The position numbers and the translations under genes were made by a program. A DNA stretch of 64,000 nucleotides from Candidatus Latescibacterota bacterium (GTDB taxonomy: Bacteria > Latescibacterota > UBA2968 > UBA8231): NCBI GenBank assembly GCA_965243025.1, contig CBDETY010000003.1, forward strand, positions 4,736,001 to 4,800,000, written 5' to 3'. Positions 1 to 10,840 of this stretch are shown piece by piece. Position 1 is the stretch's first letter, and each line of letters starts with the position of its first letter. The notes below the pieces were generated by a model, which saw only the letters and a list, made by a program, of their open reading frames with translations, was not told the origin of the DNA and searched no databases.

Positions 1-524
1 AAAAGCTCTCCGCCGGGGCGGGGGTGAAGATCCTCCGGCATCGAATCGAGGTGCCGCAAACCGGCGCATCGACCGCTACGGGAAGGGGGCTCGATCTTCA
101 CCTGCACTATTCCCTGTCGGAAAAAACAGCGCTGGCTGCCGGCTTGACGGGACTCGGTTCCAGGCTGCTGTGGACGGTACTGCAGGCCTCCGACCAGAAG
201 AACCGAAGCACCGAAGCGCTCCCTGCCGGCCTGTTCCTGGGGGCGGCCCACAGGCCGTCAGATGGAATATTGATCGCCGCCGATTTCCGCTTCGACCCGA
301 TTGCCCCTTCCGCCAGCCTGGGAGGCGAGTGGGAGGTGAACCCGCTGCTGACGGTGCGGGCGGGACTGGCGCGGACAGGGGCGGCAGGCACCGTCGGGAC
401 GCCGACATTCGGACTGACCCTGCGGCCGATGAGAATCGAAACGGTCCAGTTCCACTACGCCTGGGTCGGCGACGAACTCGATGCCGGGCCCCGCACCCTG
501 ATCGGGGTGGGAGCCTCCTTCTGA
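1..524 (+). CDS. PorV/PorQ-like outer-membrane beta-barrel protein, C-terminal part (5' end outside window)
   Basis: Frame is open from the window start (KLSAGAGVKILRH...). Beta-strand pattern (GLDLHLHY, GGEWEV, TVRAG, FHYAW), terminal Phe, stop overlapping the next ATG (TGATG). Confidence 0.6.
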   Translation, partial: KLSAGAGVKILRHRIEVPQTGASTATGRGLDLHLHYSLSEKTALAAGLTGLGSRLLWTVLQASDQKNRSTEALPAGLFLGAAHRPSDGILIAADFRFDPIAPSASLGGEWEVNPLLTVRAGLARTGAAGTVGTPTFGLTLRPMRIETVQFHYAWVGDELDAGPRTLIGVGASF

Positions 525-1456
525 TGAACCCGGCGACGGCTTGCGCTCGCTTTGCGGTCGCCGCCCTCCTCCTGTCCTGGACGGCCGGGGCCGGGGCCTC
601 CGGGCTGCCGTTCCTGCTGCTCGGCTCGGGGGCGCGCGCGACCGCCCTCGGGGAGGCTGCCGCCGCTCTTGCCGACGTCGATGCCGCCGCCGCCAACCCG
701 GCAGCGGTCAGCGCCGCCGGCGGCCGCCTCGGAGTGACGCACAGCAGCTGGATTCAGGACGTCCGGCACGAGTACGCAACCGCCCTGCAACCGCTGGGTG
801 CCGGAATCCTGTCGGCCCAACTGTCGCTTTCGCGTTCCGCCGGACTGGAGCGCCGCGTGGGACCCAGCCTCGAGCCCCTGGGCGAATTCGGAGTGTACGA
901 GTGGTCCCTCGGGCTGGGATACGGCCGGCGCTCGACAGCGAACCTCCAGTTCGGGGCGGCCTGGAAAATGGTCCGGCAGTCGATTCATACCGAGTCGGCG
1001 ATGGGTGCAGCCCTGGATTTCGGGTTCCTGTACCGGCTGGGCGACCGCCTTCGCGCCGGCGGCTCGGTGCGGAATCTCGGTGTCATGAACCCCCTTGCAG
1101 AGGATTCCACGGAGCTGCCGGGGCAGGCGCGCCTGGCCTTCGCGTGCAGCTGCCTCGGAAAGCCTTTCGGGCCGCAGGCGAGCCGGCTGGCCCTGATCGA
1201 AGTACAACTGGCACGGGGGTACGGCTCCAGCTTTCACGGCGGCGCCGAGTGGCCGCTGTCGGCAACCCTCGTGCTTCGGGGGGGCTATCAAACAGGATCC
1301 CGCCGCTCGTTGTCGGCCGGCTTCGGGTTGCAGGTGCGGTCCTGGCGCATCGACTACGCCTACGTGCCGTTTGCATCCGGCCTCGGTCAGGCGCATCGCC
1401 TCAGCCTGTACCGCGGCCGGGCGCCAGCGAGCCCTTCGGCGGCACGGATGCTGTAA
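524..1456 (+). CDS. PorV/PorQ family beta-barrel protein
   Basis: Signal peptide, then FLLLGSGARATALGEA...ANPA, typical of the PorV/FadL-like N-terminus; LDFG, LRGGY and IDYAY...HRLSL. ATG at 524 is coupled to the upstream stop. Confidence 0.8.
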   Translation: MNPATACARFAVAALLLSWTAGAGASGLPFLLLGSGARATALGEAAAALADVDAAAANPAAVSAAGGRLGVTHSSWIQDVRHEYATALQPLGAGILSAQLSLSRSAGLERRVGPSLEPLGEFGVYEWSLGLGYGRRSTANLQFGAAWKMVRQSIHTESAMGAALDFGFLYRLGDRLRAGGSVRNLGVMNPLAEDSTELPGQARLAFACSCLGKPFGPQASRLALIEVQLARGYGSSFHGGAEWPLSATLVLRGGYQTGSRRSLSAGFGLQVRSWRIDYAYVPFASGLGQAHRLSLYRGRAPASPSAARML

Positions 1457-2476
1457 ATGCAGCTCTGGCGCAAGCTGCGTCCGGGGCAACGGCATGACCG
1501 CCTCGATTCCGAACAGGTGAGAAAGCGGAATCCCGGCGAGCCGTCCGTGTTCGCCGCCGGGCCGGGGAGCGGGCGACCTTCCAGCCCCGTCCTGCACGCC
1601 GCCCTGTTCCTTCTGACCCTGTTCTCGATGACGGCTGCCGGAGCGATGCAGAGAGGGGTGAACCCGTTTCTCGCCTTCGGGCAGCTGGTTCACTTGGTCG
1701 AAGGGATCCCCTTTGCGGCGAGCTTGCTGGGAATTCTCACGGTCCACGAGTTCGGCCACTACTTCGCCGCCCGGCGCTGGGGAGTGAAGGCCTCGCTGCC
1801 GTACTTCATCCCGCTGCCGTACATATCGTTTCTCGGCACCCTGGGAGCGGTGATCCGCATCCGCTCTCCCATACCTCACAAGAGAGCTCTTCTCGACATC
1901 GGCGCCTCCGGACCGCTGGCCGGCTTCGTCGTCGCTCTGGCTGCCTGCGCCGCAGGTCTGCCGCAGTCGCGCGTCGTCGACGCCGGCTATTTCGAGCAGC
2001 TCCCCTTCGCCAATCCCGAGCCCTTCTGGCAGCTCGGGGCCCCCCCGGTCTTCGCAATCCTGTCCGCCCTGCTGATGCCGGCTACCGAACCGGGGGAGAT
2101 GGTGCTTCTGAGCCCGGTCGCCTTTGCCGGATGGGTCGGTCTCTTCATCACCGCCTTCAACCTGTTCCCGGCCGGGCAGCTCGATGGCGGCCATGTATCG
2201 TACGCCGTTTTCGGCCCCTGGCACCGCTACATCGCAGGCGCAACCTTCGCCTTGTTGATGGGTCTGGGACTGCATGGTATCTTCTGGAAAATGTTGGAGT
2301 TGCCGCCTGGGTGGCCGGGGTGGATCTTTCTCGCTTTCCTGCTCGCGCTGCTCGGCAGGGATCACCCGGCGCCGTTCTATCCCAACATTCCCCTCGACCG
2401 CCGGCGCCGGCGTCTCGGGGTGCTGTGCTTCGTCGTCTTCGCCTCCTGCTTCACCCCCGTCCCGTTCAGTGTTTAG
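1457..2476 (+). CDS. Site-2 protease (M50) family intramembrane metalloprotease
   Basis: HEFGH zinc motif, FNLFPAGQLDGGH (NxxPxxxLDG) and multiple TM helices. Confidence 0.9.
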   Translation: MQLWRKLRPGQRHDRLDSEQVRKRNPGEPSVFAAGPGSGRPSSPVLHAALFLLTLFSMTAAGAMQRGVNPFLAFGQLVHLVEGIPFAASLLGILTVHEFGHYFAARRWGVKASLPYFIPLPYISFLGTLGAVIRIRSPIPHKRALLDIGASGPLAGFVVALAACAAGLPQSRVVDAGYFEQLPFANPEPFWQLGAPPVFAILSALLMPATEPGEMVLLSPVAFAGWVGLFITAFNLFPAGQLDGGHVSYAVFGPWHRYIAGATFALLMGLGLHGIFWKMLELPPGWPGWIFLAFLLALLGRDHPAPFYPNIPLDRRRRRLGVLCFVVFASCFTPVPFSV

Positions 2477-3236
2477 GAGAATCTCCGTTCGCACGGCCGC
2501 GATTCCGGCAGTTGTCTGGATTCTGTCCGGGTGCGGGCTGGAGGAAGGGGCGGAAATCGAATGCCGCTGCACCGAGACGACCGATCTCAAGAGCTTTCCG
2601 CATTGCGCCGATGCCGATCCCGCAGCCGGGCGCACTGATTCTTCGAGCCCTTTCGGGGGCCGCACTCCCGACTGCCCCAGCGGCATCCTTCTCGTTCTCC
2701 GGGAACCGACCACCCCTGAAGCCGTCTTGTTCAATATCCGCGACAGCATCCGCGGATTCAGCCCGGTGCAGTACATGGACCAGCTGGGGGAGAGTTTTCT
2801 CTTCGTCCCGGACGCCGACGGAATCCTGCTGCATCCCGTGGTTTTTCAGCCGCCGGACGACTACAACCCCGAAGCCGACCTCGACACCCTCTGGACCAGG
2901 TCCCAGGAACGCCGTTTCGCCAACCTGGTTTTCGACAAGGAGCGCTTCCGGACGATCAGGTTCCGGCGCTGGTACGATTCGACCAGGGATGAGCGGATCC
3001 TCGGGGACAACCCCCTGGTCGAACGTTATATTTTCAACTACGAGGTCGAATTCACGGAGCAGGCGCGCGAAGGCTTCGATGCGACCATATTTCCCATAAA
3101 GGGCCAGATGGAAGTAGACATAACCACGCCGAGCCTGGAAAACCCGCTGTGGACGATCAAGCGGTGGCGGGACTTTCGCGATCAGGCGTCGGTCAAGAAG
3201 TCCTGGACGGAATTCAGAGGCGAGAATTCGCAGTGA
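2469..3236 (+). CDS. Putative lipoprotein, unknown function (possible NTF2/SnoaL-like fold)
   Basis: A GTG at 2469 gives MFRRISV...ILSG|C (lipobox). PTTPEAVLFNI and W-x-I-x-x-W-x-D resemble the downstream protein. Confidence 0.6.
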   Translation: MFRRISVRTAAIPAVVWILSGCGLEEGAEIECRCTETTDLKSFPHCADADPAAGRTDSSSPFGGRTPDCPSGILLVLREPTTPEAVLFNIRDSIRGFSPVQYMDQLGESFLFVPDADGILLHPVVFQPPDDYNPEADLDTLWTRSQERRFANLVFDKERFRTIRFRRWYDSTRDERILGDNPLVERYIFNYEVEFTEQAREGFDATIFPIKGQMEVDITTPSLENPLWTIKRWRDFRDQASVKKSWTEFRGENSQ

Positions 3237-3946
3237 TGGACACGACTCGAAGAAATCCCGCATTCGGTGCCGCAGCAGTTGCGGCCGGGGTCTTCCTGGC
3301 GGCCTGCGGAAACCCTTTCGCTCCAAAAAAAACCGAACTGCCTCCCGAGGAGGGGCCCACACGCCCCCCCGCCCAGGAGGCGACCGAACCCGAAATCGTG
3401 ATGGACAACCTCGAGCGCGCCTTCAACGAGCGCGACAAGGATCTGTACGAGACCCTCCTCGACGAGCGCTACCTGTTCACGGAGGACGATTGTCTGGGCA
3501 ACCTGGTCTTCGAGAACGGCCGCGAGGAAGAGCTGGAGATCATGGGCACCCGCGACGGCAGCACCCGCGGCATTTTCGACGTTTTCCGCACCGTGACATG
3601 GAAGTTCCAGCTGATCGAGCGCAAGACCGAGCTGGGGCGGGACCACCCGATGGCCTTCGAGGGGGATCCGGACGGACACCCGGACGAGGACTGGGAAGTC
3701 TTCCGGGGCAAAGTCGAAATACTGCTGCTGAAGACCGACGACGACGGCTTCCGCGTCGACCAGACCATGACCTTCAAGCTGCGTGAGGGGGATGACGGGA
3801 TCTGGCGTATCGTGCGCTGGATCGACGACCCCCTTGTCGGCGACGACTGCGGCGGCGAGCCCGAGGAGGAGGAGGAGGGATCCGCCAAGGCCGGGCCCAC
3901 GCTGCTGCCTTCGGTCCCCTGGTCCGCCCTGAAGCTGGCCGGGTAG
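3236..3946 (+). CDS. Putative lipoprotein, unknown function (possible NTF2/SnoaL-like fold)
   Basis: ATG overlaps the upstream TGA. Lipobox FLAA|CGNPFAP; motifs PEIVMDNLERAFNERD and WRIVRWID. Confidence 0.7.
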   Translation: MDTTRRNPAFGAAAVAAGVFLAACGNPFAPKKTELPPEEGPTRPPAQEATEPEIVMDNLERAFNERDKDLYETLLDERYLFTEDDCLGNLVFENGREEELEIMGTRDGSTRGIFDVFRTVTWKFQLIERKTELGRDHPMAFEGDPDGHPDEDWEVFRGKVEILLLKTDDDGFRVDQTMTFKLREGDDGIWRIVRWIDDPLVGDDCGGEPEEEEEGSAKAGPTLLPSVPWSALKLAG

Positions 3947-4013
3947 GCCCCCCTCTCACCACCCCCTTCCCCCCGCTTCGCCCCTGCTTTGCGGCCGGGG
4001 TGAACGGCACCCC

Positions 4014-6363
<2,350 letters not shown>

Positions 6364-6417
6364 CAGGCGTTATCTTTCCGGGTCCTTCGCAGCGGAACGA
6401 ACGAAAGAGAGGCTGTC

Positions 6418-6753
6418 TTGCTGGTTTTCTTCCCAGTCGCCGCCCATGCCATGGGGGGCAGCGGAACCGAGGGCGGCGGGGGCGGCGCGCCGTTGGTGCA
6501 GCTGCTGCCGTTCGTCCTGATGTTCCTCGTCCTCTACCTGCTCATTCTGCGCCCCCAGATCAGGAAGCAGAAAGCGCAGCAGCGCATGATCGACGAACTG
6601 GAAAAAGGGGATCGCATCGTTACGACCGGCGGAATCCATGGGGTGATCCTCAACATCAAGGACGACGTCCTCGTCGTCAAAATCGCCGAGAACGTCAAGG
6701 TCGATCTCTCGCGCGCGGCCGTGCAACGCGTCAAGAACGGCGACCAGAAATAG
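6418..6753 (+). CDS. yajC: Preprotein translocase subunit YajC
   Basis: LYLLILRPQ...KGDRIVTTGGIHG; canonical tgt-yajC synteny. Confidence 0.95.
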   Translation: MLVFFPVAAHAMGGSGTEGGGGGAPLVQLLPFVLMFLVLYLLILRPQIRKQKAQQRMIDELEKGDRIVTTGGIHGVILNIKDDVLVVKIAENVKVDLSRAAVQRVKNGDQK

Positions 6754-6802
6754 CCTTTCCCCGGCGCCGTGGCGCATTCTGCCGCGATTTCCCCGATGCA
6801 CC

Positions 6803-7735
6803 ATGAAACTCCTGTTCATGGGGACGCCGGAATTCGCCGTTCCCTCGCTCCGCCTCCTGGCGGCGAGCCGGCACGAGGTGGCCGCCGTCGTCACCAATCC
6901 CGACCGTCCCCGCGGCCGCGGCCGCAGGACCTCCCCCACCGCCGTCAAAGCGACCGCCGCTGATCTCGGGTTGCCCTGTCTGCAACCCGAATCGCTTGCC
7001 GAACCCGGACTGCCCGAAACTCTGTCCGCCTGCGGCTGCGACCTGTTCGTCGTCGTCGCTTTCTCGATCCTGCCCGATGAGCTGCTCGCCGTCCCGCCGA
7101 TGGGAGCGGTCAACCTCCACCCTTCGCTGTTGCCGGCCTATCGCGGCGCCGCCCCCATTCCCTGGACCCTGTTCAACGGCGAAGGCGAAACCGGGGTCAC
7201 CACCATCCTTCTCGACTCGCGGGTCGACGCCGGCGACATCCTGTTGCAGAAGCGGGTCGCCGTGGCGCGTGACGAAACCGCCGGAGAACTGGAGGAGCGC
7301 CTGGCCGTACTCGGGGGGAAGCTCGTCGTCGCCACGGTCGACGGCCTGGAGAGCGGCGAGGTGGACCCCCGCCCGCAACCTTCCGCAGGGGCCAGCAGAG
7401 CCCCCAAGCTGTCCAGGGAAAACGGCCGGCTGATCTGGTCTCTGCCGACCGAGCCGGTGCGCAACCGCATCCGCGGCGCCAACCCCTTTCCTGGAGCGTT
7501 CACGACATGGCGGGATCGAGTACTGAAGATTCACCGGGCCCACGCCAGCTATGAAACCCCGGGGGGCCCCGCGGGTACGGTCCTTGCCGCCGACGGTGAG
7601 ACCGGCCTGGTGGTCGCCACCGGAGACGGTGCGCTCGCCGTCGACGAAATCCAGCCTTCAGGGCGCAACCGCATGACCGGGGAGGCCTTCCTGCGGGGGT
7701 ACCATATACAGCCCGGGGACCGCTTCGGCGAGTGA
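6803..7735 (+). CDS. fmt: Methionyl-tRNA formyltransferase
   Basis: FMGTPEFAVPSL, NLHPSLLPAYRGAAPI, DAGDIL. Confidence 0.97.
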   Translation: MKLLFMGTPEFAVPSLRLLAASRHEVAAVVTNPDRPRGRGRRTSPTAVKATAADLGLPCLQPESLAEPGLPETLSACGCDLFVVVAFSILPDELLAVPPMGAVNLHPSLLPAYRGAAPIPWTLFNGEGETGVTTILLDSRVDAGDILLQKRVAVARDETAGELEERLAVLGGKLVVATVDGLESGEVDPRPQPSAGASRAPKLSRENGRLIWSLPTEPVRNRIRGANPFPGAFTTWRDRVLKIHRAHASYETPGGPAGTVLAADGETGLVVATGDGALAVDEIQPSGRNRMTGEAFLRGYHIQPGDRFGE

Positions 7736-8322
7736 GGGCGGCGAGCATTCAGACTCCTCATCCGCCCTTCTGCGCGCCTCCCCTGCGGTCGACGGCCGCC
7801 CGCAGCCTTCTTGTTATGGCCCTCTCGCTGACCGGCACGGGGGCGGCCGCGTACGGTTCGAGTGCTGCCACCGGCGGGGAATCCGGCCCCTGGCACTTAT
7901 TGAAACCGGCAGGATCGAACGCGGCAGCAACCGCCGCCGACACCGCATCAGCGGCGGAGGACACCGTCACCCGGGAACTGTCGACGGCGAAAGCCCGGCT
8001 TACCCCCAGGGGAGCCCTGTGGCGGTCGGCCCTGGTTCCCGGATGGGGCCAGTTGCGCAATGGCAGACACATCAAGGCCGTGCTGTTCTCGGCCGCCGCC
8101 GCCGGCTTCGCGGGGGCCGGCATCTCGGAGACGCGCAACCTCAACCGCGCCCTGGCCTCGGAACGCCAGGCCGTGGCAGGGCGCCGCAACACCCGGCTGC
8201 TCCTGTTCGTCGCCACGGCGACGTTTTCCGCCCTCGATGCCTACGTCGATGCCCACCTCGCGGACTTCGGAGTTTCCCTTGCCGGCAACCCGGACCTTTC
8301 CCTGACCTGGAGGTTTCAATGA
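7732..8322 (+). CDS. DUF5683-like membrane protein
   Basis: ALWRSALVPGWGQL and DAYVDAHL motifs; start uncertain. Confidence 0.65.
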   Translation: MRAASIQTPHPPFCAPPLRSTAARSLLVMALSLTGTGAAAYGSSAATGGESGPWHLLKPAGSNAAATAADTASAAEDTVTRELSTAKARLTPRGALWRSALVPGWGQLRNGRHIKAVLFSAAAAGFAGAGISETRNLNRALASERQAVAGRRNTRLLLFVATATFSALDAYVDAHLADFGVSLAGNPDLSLTWRFQ

Positions 8323-8575
8323 AGCCCGCGCTCCGCCTTCCGCCGCACCGACCTCGTCAGGGCCGACATCCCGATGCGTCTCCGCGGTAGGAAAAACCGG
8401 GGCCCTGAACCATATTCTGCCGAGCTCGGCCTGGGCTGCCCGGCCATGCGGTGCCGTTTCCGATGCCGCTCCGGAACAGCCGTCCGGGTAGTAAATGCCG
8501 GTCGGGCCGGGAGCCTTGAATCCGGACCCCACCCCTTCCGGAGCTGACCTTGTTTTTTCCGGGGAGAATACCGCA

Positions 8576-9169
8576 GTGCGCAGCCGCCTCTGTATGACAG
8601 CCGTTCTGCCGTTCGCCTGGGTTTTCCTGCTGCATTGCGGCGGGACCGAACCGGACGGCATTTCAAATCCTCCCCAAACGGCAACGGCAGCCGGAGCCGG
8701 GGACTCCGGGCTGCGCCAGAGCGTCCAACTCAGCGGCTCCTACGCCGGCGAGATCCTGATCGAAGGGGACGACTGGAAAGCGACGAGCGGCGGCCGCGAA
8801 GTAGCCCTGCTGTTCAGCGGCCGGGAACTGAAGAACGTCCGCCAGGTCGAGCTGACTCTCGAACCTGTTCCCGCCAGCGCCTTCGATCTCGACAGCGCCG
8901 TGTTCGCACCCGAGGATCCGTTCATTACCTTCGGCAACGGCGTCGAACCGCTCGACGGCGGACGGCTTCGCATCGGCGGAGCGAGCGTCAGCAGAACGAT
9001 CGAGGGGTACCAGCAGTTCGGAACCTTCACCGTGCGCACCAGCGGGGATTTCAACTCCGGGACGAAGGCCCGGATCGAAGTGAGCTTTCTGTCGCTGGGT
9101 CCCAGCTCGAGCGAGCGCGAGGACTACCACAAGGAGGATCTCCGGCTGGGCGTCGTGGTGAACGAGTAG
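8576..9169 (+). CDS. Putative lipoprotein with beta-sandwich (cohesin-like) domain
   Basis: GGAG SD plus GTG at 8576; hydrophobic leader ending LLH|CGG; beta-rich body. Confidence 0.55.
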   Translation: MRSRLCMTAVLPFAWVFLLHCGGTEPDGISNPPQTATAAGAGDSGLRQSVQLSGSYAGEILIEGDDWKATSGGREVALLFSGRELKNVRQVELTLEPVPASAFDLDSAVFAPEDPFITFGNGVEPLDGGRLRIGGASVSRTIEGYQQFGTFTVRTSGDFNSGTKARIEVSFLSLGPSSSEREDYHKEDLRLGVVVNE

Positions 9170-9182
9170 GCGCCCGGACAAA

Positions 9183-9211
9183 TTGACGGACCGTTCAGGG
9201 GCCGCTAGTTT
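9183..9211 (+). promoter_or_regulatory. sigma70-type promoter of tRNA-Ala
   Basis: TTGACG-17 nt-TAGTTT, 12 nt upstream of the tRNA. Confidence 0.7.
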
Positions 9212-9223
9212 AGCTCACATCCG

Positions 9224-9299
9224 GGGGCTGTAGCTCAGTTGGGAGAGCGCCTGAATGGCATTCAGGAGGTCAGGGGTTCGATTCCCCTCAGCTCCACCA
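9224..9299 (+). tRNA. tRNA-Ala (anticodon GGC)
   Basis: 76-nt cloverleaf GGGGCTG...CAGCTCC-A-CCA with G3:U70; anticodon arm CCTGA-ATGGCAT-TCAGG; T-loop GGTTCGATTCC. Confidence 0.99.
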
Positions 9300-9305
9300 G
9301 GAATC

Positions 9306-9346
9306 GGGGCGCGACTCTTCATTCAGGAGTTGCGCTTTTCTCTTTC
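9306..9346 (+). terminator. Intrinsic terminator after tRNA-Ala
   Basis: Stem GCGCGACTC/GAGTTGCGC followed by TTTTCTCTTT. Confidence 0.7.
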
Positions 9347-9481
9347 TGCTTCTCCTGCCCCCGCGGGGGCGCCCGGGCTCGGCGCAGGCAGCCCGCGGTT
9401 ACCGCTTTCCTCCAAATAGTCTGAAAACGCTCCTCCGACTCCCCGAACCTTTCCGGGCCGGGCCGGCGTGGGATTCCGAAA

Positions 9482-10552
9482 ATGCCAACCTTCACACCCG
9501 ACCAATTGATCGAACACACTACCGCTGTCCTGGTTGCCGCTGGAACCCCGGCGGACAAGGCCGGGCTGGTGGCAGGGCTGCTCGTCGAGGCGAACAGCGC
9601 CGGCCACGACTCGCACGGTGTCATCCGCCTGCCGCAGTATCTCACCGCGGTCGAAAAGAAGGAGATCGTCCCGGATGCCGAGGTCGAAACCACCCGTCAA
9701 ACCCCGATGATGGCGGTTGTCGAGGGGAACTGGGGGTTTGGACAGGTCGCGATGAGCCGCGCCGCCGAAATCGGGCTGGACAAGGCCCGGCAGACGGGAA
9801 TGGCCGCCGTCGCGGTGCGCCAGGCGAATCACATCGGCCGCCTCGGCAGCTACGCCGACCGGATTGCCAGAGAGGGGATGATCGGGATGATGTTCGTGAA
9901 CGCCGCGGGGGTTCCGCAGCTCCGCATGGCCCCTTGGGGAGGTACCGAGCCGAGGCTCCTCACCGATCCCCTCGCCTTCGGGATTCCCCATTCCACCGCC
10001 CCGATCGTGATCGACATGACCACGACCGTGGTCGCCGAAGGCAAGGTCCGGGTGGCCCGCAACCGCGGGGAGCAGACCCCGGACGGGTGGCTGCTCAACT
10101 CCAGGGGGGAACCGACGAACGATCCCAACGACCTGTACGGCGACCCGCCCGGCAGCATTCTCCCGCTCGGGGGGGCCTCGGCGGGTCACAAGGGGTACGC
10201 CCTCAACGTCGCGCTCGAGCTGATAGGGGGCATTCTCACCGGTTCCGGTTACGCCGGAAAGGACCGAAGGATCAGGAACGGGGTGCTCCTCATCGTCATC
10301 GACGTCGAACAGTTCCTGCCTCTCGACGAGTTCTTCGAGGAGTCGGAGAAGTTCGTCGCCCACGTCAAGTCGTCCCCTCCGGCGGAGGGCTTCGACGAAA
10401 TCCTGATGCCCGGGGAAATCGAGGCGAGGGCCGCGCGGCAGCGGGCACACGGGATTGCGGTGGAGGAGGAAACATGGCGCCAGATCGTCGAGTGGGGAGC
10501 GAAGTTGGGAGTCGCGCTGGAGGCCGAACAGGGCTTTCAGGTGCGGGAATAA
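9482..10552 (+). CDS. Ldh_2 family (malate/L-lactate/L-sulfolactate dehydrogenase-like) oxidoreductase
   Basis: GHDSHGVIRL, NHIGRLG, DMTT, GHKGYAL, PGE. Confidence 0.9.
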   Translation: MPTFTPDQLIEHTTAVLVAAGTPADKAGLVAGLLVEANSAGHDSHGVIRLPQYLTAVEKKEIVPDAEVETTRQTPMMAVVEGNWGFGQVAMSRAAEIGLDKARQTGMAAVAVRQANHIGRLGSYADRIAREGMIGMMFVNAAGVPQLRMAPWGGTEPRLLTDPLAFGIPHSTAPIVIDMTTTVVAEGKVRVARNRGEQTPDGWLLNSRGEPTNDPNDLYGDPPGSILPLGGASAGHKGYALNVALELIGGILTGSGYAGKDRRIRNGVLLIVIDVEQFLPLDEFFEESEKFVAHVKSSPPAEGFDEILMPGEIEARAARQRAHGIAVEEETWRQIVEWGAKLGVALEAEQGFQVRE

Positions 10553-10840
10553 GCAAGTCTCCCGCCGGCTCGACATCCTCCGTGAACCCTTTTCGGGCCT
10601 TCATCCGGCCCTGCCCGATACCGTCACCTCCGTAACCTCAGAGGCGGGGCCGGTTTCCCGACACCAACCGCCAGAAGTCCTTTCGGAAGGCATCTTCCGC
10701 CTCAGTCGCCCCGTTGGCGCCGGCCCCGGGGCCCCCTTATCTTTCCCGGCTTTTCACGCGCTTCCCAAGCCACACCAGAACCCCTCCGCACAAGCGCACC
10801 TGCCCGGCCGTACCCCGGCGCGGCACTGCTCCTTGCCCCA

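Noticed and set aside
9239-9424. 61-aa ORF MGERLNGIQEVRGSIPLSST
   Set aside because: It is the translation of the tRNA-Ala sequence.
9224-9480. Integrative element at tRNA-Ala
   Set aside because: No integrase, and I saw no duplicated tRNA 3' end (att site) in the window.
10575-10610. Hammerhead-like motif on the minus strand (CGGATGAAGGCCCGAAAAGGG)
   Set aside because: Lacks the exact CUGAnGA and the downstream GAAA core.
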